64,000 nucleotides of DNA from Eledone cirrhosa (GCA_964016885.1 OZ024741.1:270816001-270880000), one strand, 5' to 3'; shown: positions 1-12,337, counted from the stretch's first letter. Numbers and translations are program-made. Notes: generated by a model from the letters alone, not told the origin.

Positions 1-720
1 TACCAAACCCATAGCCTCCATGGATTCCGTCATAGCCGTCACAGTGTTGTCCAACGTGACCATTTAGGTCGCCAGCAATAATTATATAGTCACTGTCGGT
101 TATTTGGGAGGTAATGAGCATTAACAACTCATAGAATCTGTCTTTTATAATGCCAGGCAGTCCGGGTTGGGGTGCATACGCAAATATTATTGTCACAGTA
201 GTTCTATTGAGGACAAGTCTTATTTTAATTATTCTGTTGTTGACTCTATTTATGTCTATCATCTTATCTACCCATTTTTCTGCTAGCATGATTCGTACTC
301 CACCCAGCCCATTGTCATTTCCCACCCAGAAAAGCTTATAGCATCGTTTGTTACCCAGAATGAATCTAGCAGACCCACCCCTCCACCTGGTCACTTGAAT
401 ACAACAAACATCAACCTCCTTACGTTCAAGCATCTCTACAACATTTTGAGGTACCTACATTCATGGTACCAACTCCGAAGTTTTGGATTGTGTTTGGTGG
501 GTGGGAAGGACAGGGCGCAGGGAGGGGTGAGGGAGATAGGGCTATGTTAGCCGTCCGCGGCCTAAATAAAGAGGAGGAGTCCTTGCATTCTTGTCCGGCA
601 GCATGGGGGGAACTTGTCTTTATCTTTGGCATTGTCACTGAGTGTCCAGATTTTTTCAGACTCTCCAGAATTACATAGTCCATCCATCATATCGAAAGGC
701 AATCAGGTCTAAACTTAAGA
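1..720 (-). mobile_element. 5' end of an RTE-clade LINE (frameshifted APE endonuclease), continuing off the window
   Basis: Minus-strand translation gives VGTMNVGT, VDVCCIQVTRWRG, IIFAYAPQPG and AGDLNGHVG...GIHGGYGFG, which are RTE APE motifs; 5' boundary approximate. Confidence 0.8.
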
Positions 721-804
721 AGTGATAACATAGGCCGTCGACTTACGATTGGTCCAAATAATAATGGTGGTGGGTGGGGGGGAAGGGATCTGGGGTAGTT
801 AGCG

Positions 805-1575
805 AGAAGGTTATAAAATAAAATCCACGAAATTTTGGCCATAATTGAACGAGCATATAACTGTAATAAGGGAAGAATTATGGGATTTTAAAATACAAGA
901 AGATTATTTTGAACGATCAGAGAGAATTATCGAATAGCATTGAAAAAGAAAAGGTTGTATTCTGGACGATATGATACAGATAGATGAATGGACCAGGTAA
1001 ACATGAAGAGACGAGAAAATAGGAATTTGTACATTACATTTCACAGAAGAGCGGGCGAGCGATGTAGCCAAGAATATGGGTCGACAAATTCTGAGTTTCG
1101 TACCCCGCAACAGTTTATTTTATGTTTGAAGAGAGAGGGGATGGGATTGAAAGAGAGTCAGCAGGCATGTATACAATGGAGGGGGGGGGGGAGAATAGTA
1201 GGGAGCAGGAAGGTTATTTTATAAAATCCTAGAATTTCGACCATATTTAAGGATACATTATAGGAGGTAATTTTATAAAAATAAAAATCGAGAGAGGTTT
1301 ATAAAATAAAATCCACGAATTTTTGGCCATAATTGGACGAACATATAACTGTAATAAGGGAAGAATTAAATCAAACGAGCATATAACTGTAATAATGGAA
1401 GAATTATGTGATTTTATAATACAAGAAGATTATTTTGAATGGTCAGACAGAATTATCGAATAGCATTGAAAAAGAAAAGGTTGTATTCTAGACGATATAA
1501 TACAGATAGATGAATGGACCAGGTAAAAATCGAGAGTTGAGAAAATAGGAATTCTTACATTACATTTCACATATA
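805..1575. repeat. Partial tandem duplication (period ~490-530 bp) of a non-coding repeat, probably Penelope pLTR-like
   Basis: AGATTATTTTGAA...CATTACATTTCACA block near 901 and again near 1427; its end recurs inverted at ~4616-4660. Confidence 0.55.
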
Positions 1576-1585
1576 TATATATATG

Positions 1586-2390
1586 TGGTTGTACGATGCC
1601 TGCATACGAACAGCAATGCTGCATGGCAGTGAGACCTGGGCATTGTGTGCAGAGGATATACGCAGACTAGAGAGGAACGAAGCTTGCATGCTCCGCTGGA
1701 TGTGTAACAGTAATATACGTGAATGGCAAAGCATAAATGAACTAAGGAAAAAATTAGAGATAAGAGGGATCAGATGTTGTTTACTCGAGAGAAGGCTACG
1801 TTGGTATGGACACGTGATGCGCATGAAAGTCGATAGCTGTATAACAAAGTGCAGGGCAATAAAGATAGACGGTAGTCACGGAATAGGCAGACCTAGAAAA
1901 ACCTGGGACGAGCTGATAAACTCCGACATCACACACTTACACCTCTCCAAGACAATGTCACTGGACCGAGACCTTTGGCGGTACTCAGTAACAGAGAAGA
2001 CCCGCCTTACCTAAATATATAGTAAAACCTACTCCAGCCAGTAGGCATCTCTAACAAAATACACCCCGTCCCACCACCACCACCCCCACCCCATCCACAC
2101 CACCCCGTTCTATGTAAAGTTATGTTGGTGCCGCGCCATCGAGGCCGAAACAAATGAGATCGTGTAGGTGTCACGACAAAAAACACACAGTCCACGCTGT
2201 AATGTGGCCGTGTAGGCAACACGGTAAAAACCTCCCAGACCCACACTGTAAATGTGGTTGGTGTTAGGAAGGGCATCCAACTGTAGAAAACCTGCCAGAC
2301 AGTCCTATGCGAGCAAGACAATCACTCTTGCCTCAAGTGGGACTACCCCCGTCCAAACCCATGCAAGCGTGGAACACGGACGTTAAACGT

Positions 2391-2419
<29 letters not shown>
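1586..2419 (+). mobile_element. 5'-truncated RTE LINE 3' fragment with (GAT)n tail
   Basis: ORF 1583-2014 (LHGSETW, RRLRWYGHVMR, GRPRKTW) is nearly identical to the 3' end of the adjacent copy. Confidence 0.9.
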
Positions 2420-2421
<2 letters not shown>

Positions 2422-4180
2422 GGTAGCTTGGAAGTGTCACTATGAAAGGCTACTAAATGAGGAGAATAAATGGGAGAAAGACAGTCTCCCCCATATCGAC
2501 CCAATAGAGGGACCAGCAGTGTTAGTCGAGGGGAGTATAATAAGTAAGGCAATCAAGGATATGAAGACGGGTAAGGCGGCTGGGCCTTCGGAAATAGTTG
2601 CTGAGATGCTGAAGGCATCTGGCACGGTGGGACACACCATGGTCACCCGCATAGTTAACCAAGTCGTACAGAATGGGGTTGTTCCGAAGGACTGGCATAG
2701 CAGCATCATCGTTAACTGTTATAAGGGTAAAGGAGACGCCCTAGATAGGAGCAACTATAGAGGCATTAAATTAATCGACCAGGTCATGAAGGTCACGGAA
2801 AAAGTAATAGCGCAACTAATCAGAGAGAGAATTGACCTAGATGAAATGCAGTTCGGGTTTGTGTCAGGCAAAAGTACCACAGACGCTCTTTTCATAGTAC
2901 GACAACTACAGGAGAAGTACCTAGCTAAAGGTAAACCCCTCTACTTAGCTTTTGTCGACTTGGAGAAAGCCTTCGACAGAGTCCCCCGCTCCATTATCTG
3001 GTGGGCTCTTAGAAAACTAGGCGTTGACGAATGGCTTGTGAGGGCTATACAAGCCATGTATAAAGAAACAGTCAGCAAGGTTAGAATTAACAACGAATAT
3101 AGTGAAGAGTTTATCGTAAAAGTTGGCGTCCATCAGGGCTCTGTTCTCAGCCCCCTACTATTTATTATTGCCCTTCAGGCTATAACAGAGGAGTTCAAGA
3201 CAGGCTGCCCATGGGAACTCCTATACGCAGACGACCTGACACTCATAGCGGAATCAATGGCCGAGCTAGAGAAGAAATTCCAAACATGGAAGCACGGCCT
3301 AGAGTCAAAAGGACTTAAAATTAACCTGGCTAAGACCAAAGTTCTAGTTTGTAGGAAAGAAAACAAGGCGGCGGTCCCTTCTGGGAAATGGTCGTGCTCG
3401 GTGTGTAGGAAAGGCGTAGGTAGAAACTCCATTTTATGTCCTAAATGCAAAGTATGGGTGCATAAAAGATGTAGTGGGATCACAGGTAAGCTAACTAAGA
3501 ACATAGATTTTACATGTGGCCGGTGTTCTGGTGCAATAAGTAGCAGCAAGTGCCCACAAAATACTAGCTCTTTCAATTGCGCAGAGGGTTCTATAGAAAT
3601 AGTGGACAGCTTCCGTTACCTGGGCGATAAAATCAGCAGTGGGGGAGGGTGCTCTGAAAGTACTGTAGCTAGAGTCAGAACTGGTTGGAAAAAGTTCAGA
3701 GAGCTTATACCACTATTAGCTGCTAAAGGGTTCTCCCTAAAAATGAAAGGCAGGTTGTACGATGCCTGCATACGAACAGCAATGCTGTATGGCAGTGAGA
3801 CTTGGGCATTGTGTGCAGAGGATATACGCAGACTAGAGAGGAACGAAGCTTGCATGCTCCGCTGGATTTGTAACAGTAATATACGTGAACGGCAAAGCAT
3901 AAACGAACTAAGGAAAAAATTAGAGATAAGAGGGATCAGATGTTGTTTACTCGAGAGAAGGCTACGTTGGTATGGACACGTGATGCGCATGAAAGTCGAT
4001 AGCTGTATAACAAAGTGCAGGGCAATAAAGATAGACGGTAGTCACGGAATAGGCAGACCCAGAAAAACCTGGGACGAGCTGATAAACTCCGACATCACAC
4101 ACTTACACCTCTCCAAGACAATGTCACTGGACCGAGACCTTTGGCGGTACTCAGTAACAGAGAAGACCCGCCTTACCTAA
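2420..4180 (+). CDS. RTE reverse transcriptase fragment with an inserted PHD finger (the poly-M start of the ORF call is an artefact of the upstream tail)
   Basis: QFGF, AFVDLEKAFD, GVHQGSVLSP, YADD and FRYLG motifs; C4-H-C3 pattern at 3395-3526. Confidence 0.88.
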
Positions 4181-4566
4181 ATATATAGTAAAACCTACTC
4201 CAGCCAGTAGGCATCTCTAACAAAATACACCCCGTCCCACCACCACCACCCCCACCCCATCCACACCACCCCGTTCTATGTAAAGTTATGTTGGTGCCGT
4301 GCCATCGAGGCCGAAACAAATGAGATCGTGTAGGTGTCACGACAAAAAAACACACAGTCCACGCTGTAATGTGGCCGTGTAGGCAACACGGTAAAAACCT
4401 CCCAGACCCACACTGTAAATGTGGTTGGTGTTAGGAAGGGCATCCAACTGTAGAAAACCTGCCAGACAGTCCTATGCGAGCAAGCCAATCACTCTTGCCT
4501 CAAGTGGGACTACCCCCGTCCAAACCCATGCAAGCGTGGAACACGGACGTTAAACGTTGATGATGA
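2420..4566 (+). mobile_element. 5'-truncated RTE LINE with open RT domain and (GAT)n tail
   Basis: RT ORF, ~380-bp 3' UTR and (GAT)n tail. Confidence 0.92.
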
Positions 4567-4569
4567 TAG

Positions 4570-4601
<32 letters not shown>

Positions 4602-4738
4602 ATATGATGATGATATATGTGAAATGTAATGTACAAATTCCTATTTTCTCATCTCTCGAGACACCATAGTAAAAACCAATATATGGAACATTATATTATG
4701 TAACATTATCCCATTATTTTAATTTATATTCCTTTGAA

Positions 4739-4858
4739 GTTCCGATGAGCCACTCTGTTTTTTAAATATGTTAATTATTTTCAACTGAACCAGATCAATT
4801 ATGCTATATAGTCATCTGATCCAGAAATATTATATGGAGTAGCGAAACAATTGTAAAC
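4739..4858 (+). ncRNA. Degenerate type I hammerhead ribozyme
   Basis: gtt-CCGATGA-gccactc...gagtagc-GAAAC-aatt-GTA-aac; core U4 is C and stem I is short. Confidence 0.55.
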
Positions 4859-4983
4859 GGACATTATTATTATTAATATTATTATTATTATTCTCTACAT
4901 TCCTTACATCAAACTAAAATATGTTGACAATCTTTTAATAATGTCTTCCTTGTGAAATTTGTGGTCTTGTTTTGCTTAACTAA

Positions 4984-5031
<48 letters not shown>

Positions 5032-5234
5032 TATGTATACGTACATACATATATGTATACAGACGTACAGTAGTATGTATATATATATACACATACATGC
5101 ATACATTTATATATGTACGTATGGATTCACCGAACATTTATTATAATGCTCGGTGTATTTGTAAACAAACATCCCGTATTAAACCGTAGTGTCTAGCAAC
5201 CATCGTTGCTCATTTGTTCAACACTGACAAAGGA

Positions 5235-5277
5235 ACGCTGTTCTAGTTTCAAGCTTATTAGCTATCGTCAGCAACGT
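5235..5277 (-). ncRNA. Minimal type I HHR, copy 1 (cleavage triplet mutated to GAA)
   Basis: acgttg-CTGACGA-t agct aata agct t-GAAAC-ta-GAA-cagcgt. Confidence 0.7.
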
Positions 5278-5665
5278 ATACCTTCCTGCCAGATGAATGA
5301 ATGTCTGAAAGTATATACTTTCCTTATGCATATTAACGGCTGAGCAGCCTAATTTGCATATCGAGTGGGTTAATCGGCTGGGTGCACCGAAAACGATAAA
5401 CGGAAAAATGAAACAAAATTTCATTTCCCACTCTTAGTACTGCTGTTACTTAAATATAAGTATGTATACGTACATACATATATGTATACAGACATACAGT
5501 AGTATGTATATATATACATACATGCACCCATATATATATATATATGTACGTATGGATTCACCGAACATTTATTATGATGCTCGGTGTGTCTGTAAACAAA
5601 CATCCCGTATTAAGCCGTAGTGTCTAGCAACCATCGTTGCTCGTTTGTTCAACACTGATAAAGGA

Positions 5666-5708
5666 ACGCTGTACTAGTTTCAAGCTTATTAGTTATCGTC
5701 AGCAACGT
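5666..5708 (-). ncRNA. Minimal type I HHR, copy 2
   Basis: Same fold with a GTA triplet; one stem II mismatch. Confidence 0.8.
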
Positions 5709-6095
5709 ATACCTTCCTGCCAGATGAATGAACGTCTGAAAGTATATACTTTCCTTATGCATATTAACGGCTGAGCAGCCTAATTTGCATATCGAGTGGG
5801 TTAATCGGCCGGGTGCACCGAAAACGATAAACGGAAAAAATGAAACAAAATTTCATTTCCCACTCTTAGTACTGCTGTTACTTAAATATAAGTATGTATA
5901 CGTACATACATATATGTATACAGATGTACAGTAGTATGTATATATATATACACATACATGCACACATATATATATGTACGTATCGATTCACCAACCATTT
6001 ATTATAAAGCTCGGTGTGTTTGTAAACAAACATCCCGTATTAAGCCGTAGTGTCTAGCAACCATCGTTGCTTGTTTGTTCAACACTGACAAAGGA

Positions 6096-6138
6096 ACGCT
6101 GTACTAGTTTCAAGCTTATTAGCTATCATCAGCAACGT
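6096..6138 (-). ncRNA. Minimal type I HHR, copy 3
   Basis: acgttg-CTGATGA-tagctaataagctt-GAAAC-ta-GTA-cagcgt. Confidence 0.88.
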
Positions 6139-6621
6139 ATACCTTCCTGCCAGATGATTGAACGTCTGAAAGTGTCTACTTTCCTTATGCATATTAATGG
6201 CTGAGCAGCCTAATTTGCATATCGTGTGGGTTAATCGGCTGGGTGCACCGAAAACGACAAACGGAAAAAATGAAACGAAATTTCATTTCCCACTCTTAGT
6301 ACGGCTGTTACTTAAATATAAATATGTATACGTACATACCTATATGTATACAGACGTACAGTAGTATGTATATATATATACATACATGTACACATATATA
6401 TATGTACGTATGGATTCACCGAACATTTATTATAATGCTCGGTGTGTTTGTAACAGCCGTACTAAGAGAGGGAAATGAAATTTCGTTTCATTTTTCCGTT
6501 TATCGTTTTCAGTGGACCCGGCTGATTAACCCACTCGATATGCAAATTAGGCTACTCAGCCGTTAATATGCATAAGGAAAGTATATACTTTCAGACGTTC
6601 AATCATCTGGCAGGAAGGTAT

Positions 6622-6664
6622 ACGTTGCTGACGATAGCTAATAAGCTTGAAACTAGTACAGCGT
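6622..6664 (+). ncRNA. Minimal type I HHR, inverted copy
   Basis: acgttg-CTGACGA-tagctaataagctt-GAAAC-ta-GTA-cagcgt; palindromic stem III region ACTAGT. Confidence 0.88.
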
Positions 6665-6972
6665 TCCTTTGTCAGTGTTGAACAAATGAGCAACGATGGT
6701 TGCTAGACACCACGGCTTAATATGGGATGTTTGTTTACAAACACACCGAGCATTATAGTAAATGTTCGGTGAATCCATACGTACATATATATATGTGTAC
6801 ATGTATGTATATATATATACATACTACTGTACGTCTGTATACATATAGGTATGTACGTATACATACTTATATTTAAGTAACAGCCGTACTAAGAGTGGGA
6901 AATGAAATTTTGTTTCATTTTTTCCGTATATATCATTATATATGTATGTATGTATGTATCTATGTATGTATG

Positions 6973-7150
6973 TACAACCTGTCTCATGGTCGGGTCGTTG
7001 GCAACTAAACTGGCAACCCCACCAAGGTTTCTTGGTGAGAAGGGTGGCTGGACTAAAAAGTCACACTCGTACAGCGCATCGGTAGGGGTTCTCCTACATG
7101 GATATAAAGTAGTGGCCGTTCTCGAAAACGAGTTGGCAGCCACCACACCA
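6973..7150 (+). mobile_element. Further-deleted copy of the non-autonomous RTE-derived element
   Basis: 5' block joined directly to the GGCTGGACTAAAAAGTCAC 3' block; (TATG)n tail. Confidence 0.7.
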
Positions 7151-7187
7151 TGTATGTATGTTTTTATGTATGTATGTATGTATTTAT

Positions 7188-7785
7188 GTCAGGTCACCAG
7201 TTGGTGCTACTGGTAACAAGTATCCCAGTACAACCTGTCTCATGGTCAGGTCGTTGGCGACTAAACTGGCAACCCCACCAAGGTTTCTTGGTGAGGAGGG
7301 TGACTCTGGACATCCTCGAGGACTAAAAACAAAACCTGTCAAAGGGCAAAGGACTTCTTAAGAGTCAATGGCCATCCAAAATCACTGGGAGAGATGACCC
7401 CTTAGTCTTTGTCAAGGCAGAATTCTAGGAGAAGGAAAACTCTGATATAACACCTGCAACCCTGATGGTATCCAATGATGTTGACTTGTTCTTCTTTTTG
7501 GTAAATATCATCTTGGTTAAGAGAGTGGGACTGGCTTTGTGCAGTGCCTTTGCTCACTATAAAAGCTTCACGGCACAGGTATTGCTTTATATCTGGAGAT
7601 CTCTCTGCCCTTGTCGTCACATGGTACCATGGGCCCAGCACTATGTATCAATAATTGTCACAAGTGTAGAGTTTTCAAGTTGCTGGCTGGACTAAAAAGT
7701 CACACTCGTTCAGCGCATCAGTAGGGGTTCTCCTACATGGATATAAAGTAGTGGCCGTACTCGAAAACGAGTTGGCAGCCACCAT
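7188..7785 (+). mobile_element. ~600-bp non-autonomous RTE-derived element with (TATG)n tail
   Basis: Near-identical copies at 41960-42570 and 40105-40495 (minus); its 3' part encodes an LAGLKSH zinc-finger remnant like the RTE at 40.8 kb. Confidence 0.75.
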
Positions 7786-7872
7786 GTATGTATGTATGTA
7801 TGTATGTATGTATGTATGTATGTATGTATGTATGTATGTATATATGTATGTATGTATGTATGTATTAGTGTA

Positions 7873-8262
7873 TGGAGGCTCATGGCTTAGTGGTTAGAGC
7901 ATTGGGCTTGCAATTGAAAGGTTGTGAGTTCAATTCTCAGACCAGGTGATGTGTTGTTTCCTTGAGCAAGACACTTTATTTCACATTGCTCTAGTTTACT
8001 CAGCTGTAGAAATGAGATGTAAATGATGTACATTCCACTGCAAAGTGGTCGTGGAGGTGCCACGGCAAAAAAGCACCCAGTCCTAACTGTAAAGTGGACG
8101 TGTAGGTGCCATGAAAAAAAAAAAAAAAAAGCACCCAGCACTCACTGTAAATGAGGTTGGTGTTAGGAAGGGCATCCAGCTGTAGAAACCAAGCCATAAT
8201 CAGTTCCCGTCCCACCCTTGCAAGCAGGGAAAAGCGGACGTAAAATGAAATGATGATGATGA
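7873..8262 (+). mobile_element. tRNA-derived SINE with CORE-like domain and RTE-type 3' tail
   Basis: A box TGGCTTAGTGG, B box GAGTTCAATTC, CCTTGAGCAAGACACTTTA; tail matches the RTE 3' end at ~45445-45490. Confidence 0.75.
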
Positions 8263-8371
8263 TAGGAAAAGAGTCATGACTCCAATGACTGAGCTCCGGA
8301 CGTTTCGACAGTTAGATGTAGCTGTTGAAACGGCCGGAGCTCAGCCATTGGGGTCCTGACTCTTTTCCTAT
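8262..8371. repeat. Fold-back inverted repeat containing only a HHR 3'-half-like sequence
   Basis: ATAGGAAAAGAGTC...GACTCTTTTCCTAT arms; GAAACGTC on the minus strand. Confidence 0.75.
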
Positions 8372-8474
8372 TACCCACTCTACTACCCTAAGTATCGAGT
8401 ACTCTGGTGTGTTATGGACCTCCTGGTTCCTTACCACACTTCCTTTGTTTTATATATATATATATAGAGATAGA

Positions 8475-9515
8475 TACTAGCTCCTTCTATTGCACAGATG
8501 GTTCTATACAAATAGTGGACACTTTCCGTTACCTGGGTGACAAAATCAGAGTGGTGGAGGGTACTCTGAAAGTACAGTAGCCAGAGTCAGAACGGGATGG
8601 AAAAAGTTCAGAGAGCTTATACCGTTGTTGGCCACTAAAGGGTTCACACTAAAAATGAAAGGCAGGCTGTATGATGCCTCCATACGAACAGCAATGCTAC
8701 ATGGCAGTGAGACCTGGGCATTGTGTGCAGAGGATCTACGCAGACTGGAGAGGAATGAAGCTTGCATGCTCCGTTGGATGTGTAATAGTAATATATGCAA
8801 ACGGCAGAGCATAAATGAACTAAGTGAGAAAATAGGAATAAGAGGGATCAGATGCTGTTTACTCGAGAGAAGACTACGTTGGTATGGCCACGTGATGCGC
8901 ATGAAAGACGACAGCTGTATAAAAAAGTGCAGGGGGATCAAAATTGATGGAAGTTACGGAGTAGGTAGACCCAGAAAAACCTGGGACGATTTGATAAATT
9001 CCGACCTTACACACTTGCACCTCTCTAAGACAATGTCACTGGACCGAGATCTTTGGCGTTACACAGTAATACAGAAGACCTGCCTTGCCTAAGTTCAAAG
9101 CGAAACCTACAGTCAGTAGGTACCTCTTAACCAAATATACACCCCATCCCACTACCCCTACTCCACCCTCCCAGTCCCACCAACACCACCCCTTTCTCTG
9201 TAAAATTATGTTGGTACCACAACATCCAGTCCAAACTAATGAGAAAATGAGATGGAGATCGAAATCATGTAGGTGTCACGACATAAACCACACAGTCCAC
9301 GCTGCAATGTGGCCATGTAGGTAACATGGTAAAAACCTCCCAGTCCACACTGTAAACGTGGTTGGTGTTCGGAAGGGCATCCAGCCATAGAAAACGTGCC
9401 AGATAGTCCTATATGAGCGAGACATGGTCACCCGACTGATCTTAGTCAAGTGGTTCAACGCCCATCTAACTCATGCTAGTGTGGAAGATAGACATTAAAC
9501 GATGATGATGATGAT
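8475..9515 (+). mobile_element. RTE LINE 3' fragment
   Basis: ORF 8625-9092 homologous to the RTE C-terminus; (GAT)n tail. Confidence 0.88.
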
Positions 9516-9521
9516 ATATAT

Positions 9522-10051
9522 AGACCCAGAAAAACCTGGGATGATATGATAAAGTCCGACATTGCACACTTGCACCTCTCTAAGACAATGTCACTGGATC
9601 AAGATCTTTGGCGCCACGCAGTGTTACAGAAGAAGCGCCTTCCCTACGTAAAAAGTTAACCTACTGTCAGTAGGCCCTCCAAACCAAACACACCCCAACC
9701 CACTACCTCACTCCATCCTCCCACTCCTGCCGACACCACCCTTTCTCTATAAAGTTAAGTCGGTACCACAACATCCAGTCCAAACAAATAAGATTATGTA
9801 GGTGTCACGACAAAAAAACACAGAGTCCACGCTGTAATGTGGCCGTGTAGGTAACACGGTAAAAAGCTCTCAGTCCACACTGTAAATATGGTTGGAGTTA
9901 GGAAGGGCATCCAGCCGTAGAAAACCTGCCAGATAGTCCTATACAAGCAAGACACAGTTACCCGACCAATCTTGCCTCAAGTGGGACAATTCCCGTCTAA
10001 CCCATGCTAGCGAGGACGATAGACATTAAACGATGATGATGATGATGATGA
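9522..10051 (+). mobile_element. RTE LINE 3' fragment
   Basis: RPRKTWD-coding end, 3' UTR and (GAT)n tail. Confidence 0.85.
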
Positions 10052-10197
10052 TATATATATTATATATACATATATATATTATATATGCATATATATTATG
10101 TATACATATATATATTATATATGCATATAATCATCATCATCATCATTTTACGTTCGCTAATAAATATTATATATACATATATACATATTATATATAT

Positions 10198-10639
10198 GCG
10201 CTACGCAGTAATACAGAAGACCCGCCTTGCCTATGTACAAAGCGAAACCTAGTCAGTAGGCACCTCTTAACCAAATATACACCCCAATCCACTACCCCTA
10301 CTCTATCCTCCCACTCCCACCAACACCACCCTCTCTCTGTAAAGTTATGTTGGTACCACCACATCCAGTCCAAATTAATGAGATAAATGAGGTCGTGTAG
10401 GTGTCACGACAAAACCCACACAGTCCACACTTAAATGTGGCCGTGTAGGTAACATGGTAAAAAGTTCCCAGTCCATACTGTAAATGTGGTTGGTATTAGA
10501 AAGAGCTTCCAGCCGTAGAAAACCTGCCAGATAGTCCTATTATAGCGAGACACGGTCACCCAACCAACCGTGCCTCAAGTGGGACAACTCCCGTCTAACA
10601 CAAGCTAGCGTGGAAGATGGACATTAAACGATGATGATG
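10198..10639 (+). mobile_element. RTE LINE 3' UTR fragment
   Basis: Same 3' UTR and (GAT)n tail. Confidence 0.8.
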
Positions 10640-10707
10640 TTTTACATATATAATACATACATTTATATATAACACACACACACATACACACACATATATA
10701 TATATAT

Positions 10708-11993
10708 AGGCCTAAAATCAAAAGGCCTTAAAGTTAACTTGTCTAAGACTAAAGTCCTAATATGTAAGAAGGAGAATAGGGCACTGGTCCCATCTGGGAA
10801 ATGGCCATGCTCAGTGTGTAGGAAAGGAGTAGGTAGAAACTCCATTTTTTGTCCCAAATGCAAAGTATGGGTGCATAAAAGATGTAGTGGGATCACAGGT
10901 AAGCTAACTAAGAATATAGATTTTATATGTGGCTGGTGCTCTGGTGCAATAAGTAGCAGCAAATACCCACAGAATACTAGCTCTTTCAACTGCACAGAGG
11001 GTTCTATAGAAATAGTGGACACCTTCTGTTACCTGGGTGACAAAATCAGCAGTGGGGGAGGGTGCTCTGAAAGTACAGTAGCCAGAGTCAGAACAGGATG
11101 GAAAAAGTTCAGAGAGCTTATACCACTATTGGCCGCTAAAGGTTTCTCTCTAAAAATAAAAGGCAGGCTGTACGATGCCTGCATACGAACAGCGATGTTA
11201 CATGACAGTGAGACATGGGTCTTGTGTGCAGAGGATCTACGCAGACTGGAGAGAAACGAAGCTTGCATGCTCCATTGGATGTGCAATAGTAATATACGTG
11301 AACGGCAAAGCATAAATGAACTAAGTGAGAAAATAGGAATAAGAGGGATCAGATGCTGTTTACTCGAGAGAAGACTATGTTGGTATGGTCACGTGATGCG
11401 CATGAAAGACGACAGCTGTATAAAAAAGTGCAGGGCGATCAAAAAAGACAGTAGCTACGGAGTAGGCAGACCCAGAAAAACCTGGGACGACTTGATAAAA
11501 TCCAACCTTACACACCTGCACCTCTCCAAGACAATGTCACTGGACCGAGATCTTTGGCGCTATGCAGTAATACAGAAGACCCGCCTTGCCTAAGTACAAA
11601 GTGAAACCTAGAGTCAGTAGGCACCTCTTAATCAAAATACACCACCGTCCCACTAACCCTACCCCCACCGCCATCTACACAACCCCTTTCGATGTAAAGC
11701 TATGTTGGTACCACAACATCCAGTCCTAAATAAATGAGGTTGTGTAGGTGTCACAACAAAAAAACACACAGTCCATGGTGTAATGTGGCCGTGTAGGTAA
11801 CACGGTAAAAACCTCCCAGTCCACACTGTAAATGTGGTTGGAGTTAGGAAGGGCATCCAGCCGTAGAAAACCCGCCAGACAGTCCCGAGCAAAACAACCA
11901 ATCTTGCCTCAAGTGGGACAATTCCCGTCCAGACCCATGCTAGCGTGGAAGATGGACGTTCAACGATGATGATGATGATGATGATGATGATGA
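10708..11993 (+). mobile_element. RTE LINE 3' fragment including the PHD finger
   Basis: ORF 10739-11593 with CSVC...CPKC..H..C...CGWC. Confidence 0.9.
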
Positions 11994-12193
11994 TATGCAT
12001 ATAGATATATATATATACATATACATATATATACATACATATATATACTCATATATATATACTCATATATATATACTCATATACATATACTCTCTCTCTA
12101 TTTCTATATATGTATATATATATACATACATATATTATATAAACATACATATATATATTATATATATATATATACACATATATATATATTATA

Positions 12194-12249
<56 letters not shown>

Positions 12250-12290
12250 TAGGAATAACCAAGGAGTGCTTAGAAATACATTGTTTTATT

Positions 12291-12337
12291 AGCTAACAGT
12301 GTTTCATCCATACACCATGGCAGGAATCTTCAGAGCC
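12291..12337 (-). ncRNA. Minimal type I HHR candidate
   Basis: ggct-CTGAAGA-t tcc...gga t-GAAAC-act-GTT-agct. Confidence 0.65.

Larger units (their letters stand above)
5028..6927. repeat. Tandem array of ~430-bp HHR-bearing units (3.3 copies), then ~1.1 inverted copy; retrozyme/pLTR-like
   Basis: Identical motif at 5235, 5666 and 6096 (periods 431 and 430); orientation flips at ~6450; flanked by (TA)n. Confidence 0.9.

Noticed and set aside
7190-7275. Possible HDV-like ribozyme at the 5' end of the RTE-derived element (CCAGT/ACTGG, CTAA, short P4)
   Set aside because: I could not build P1 or a normal P3/L3 by eye; it needs a covariance-model search
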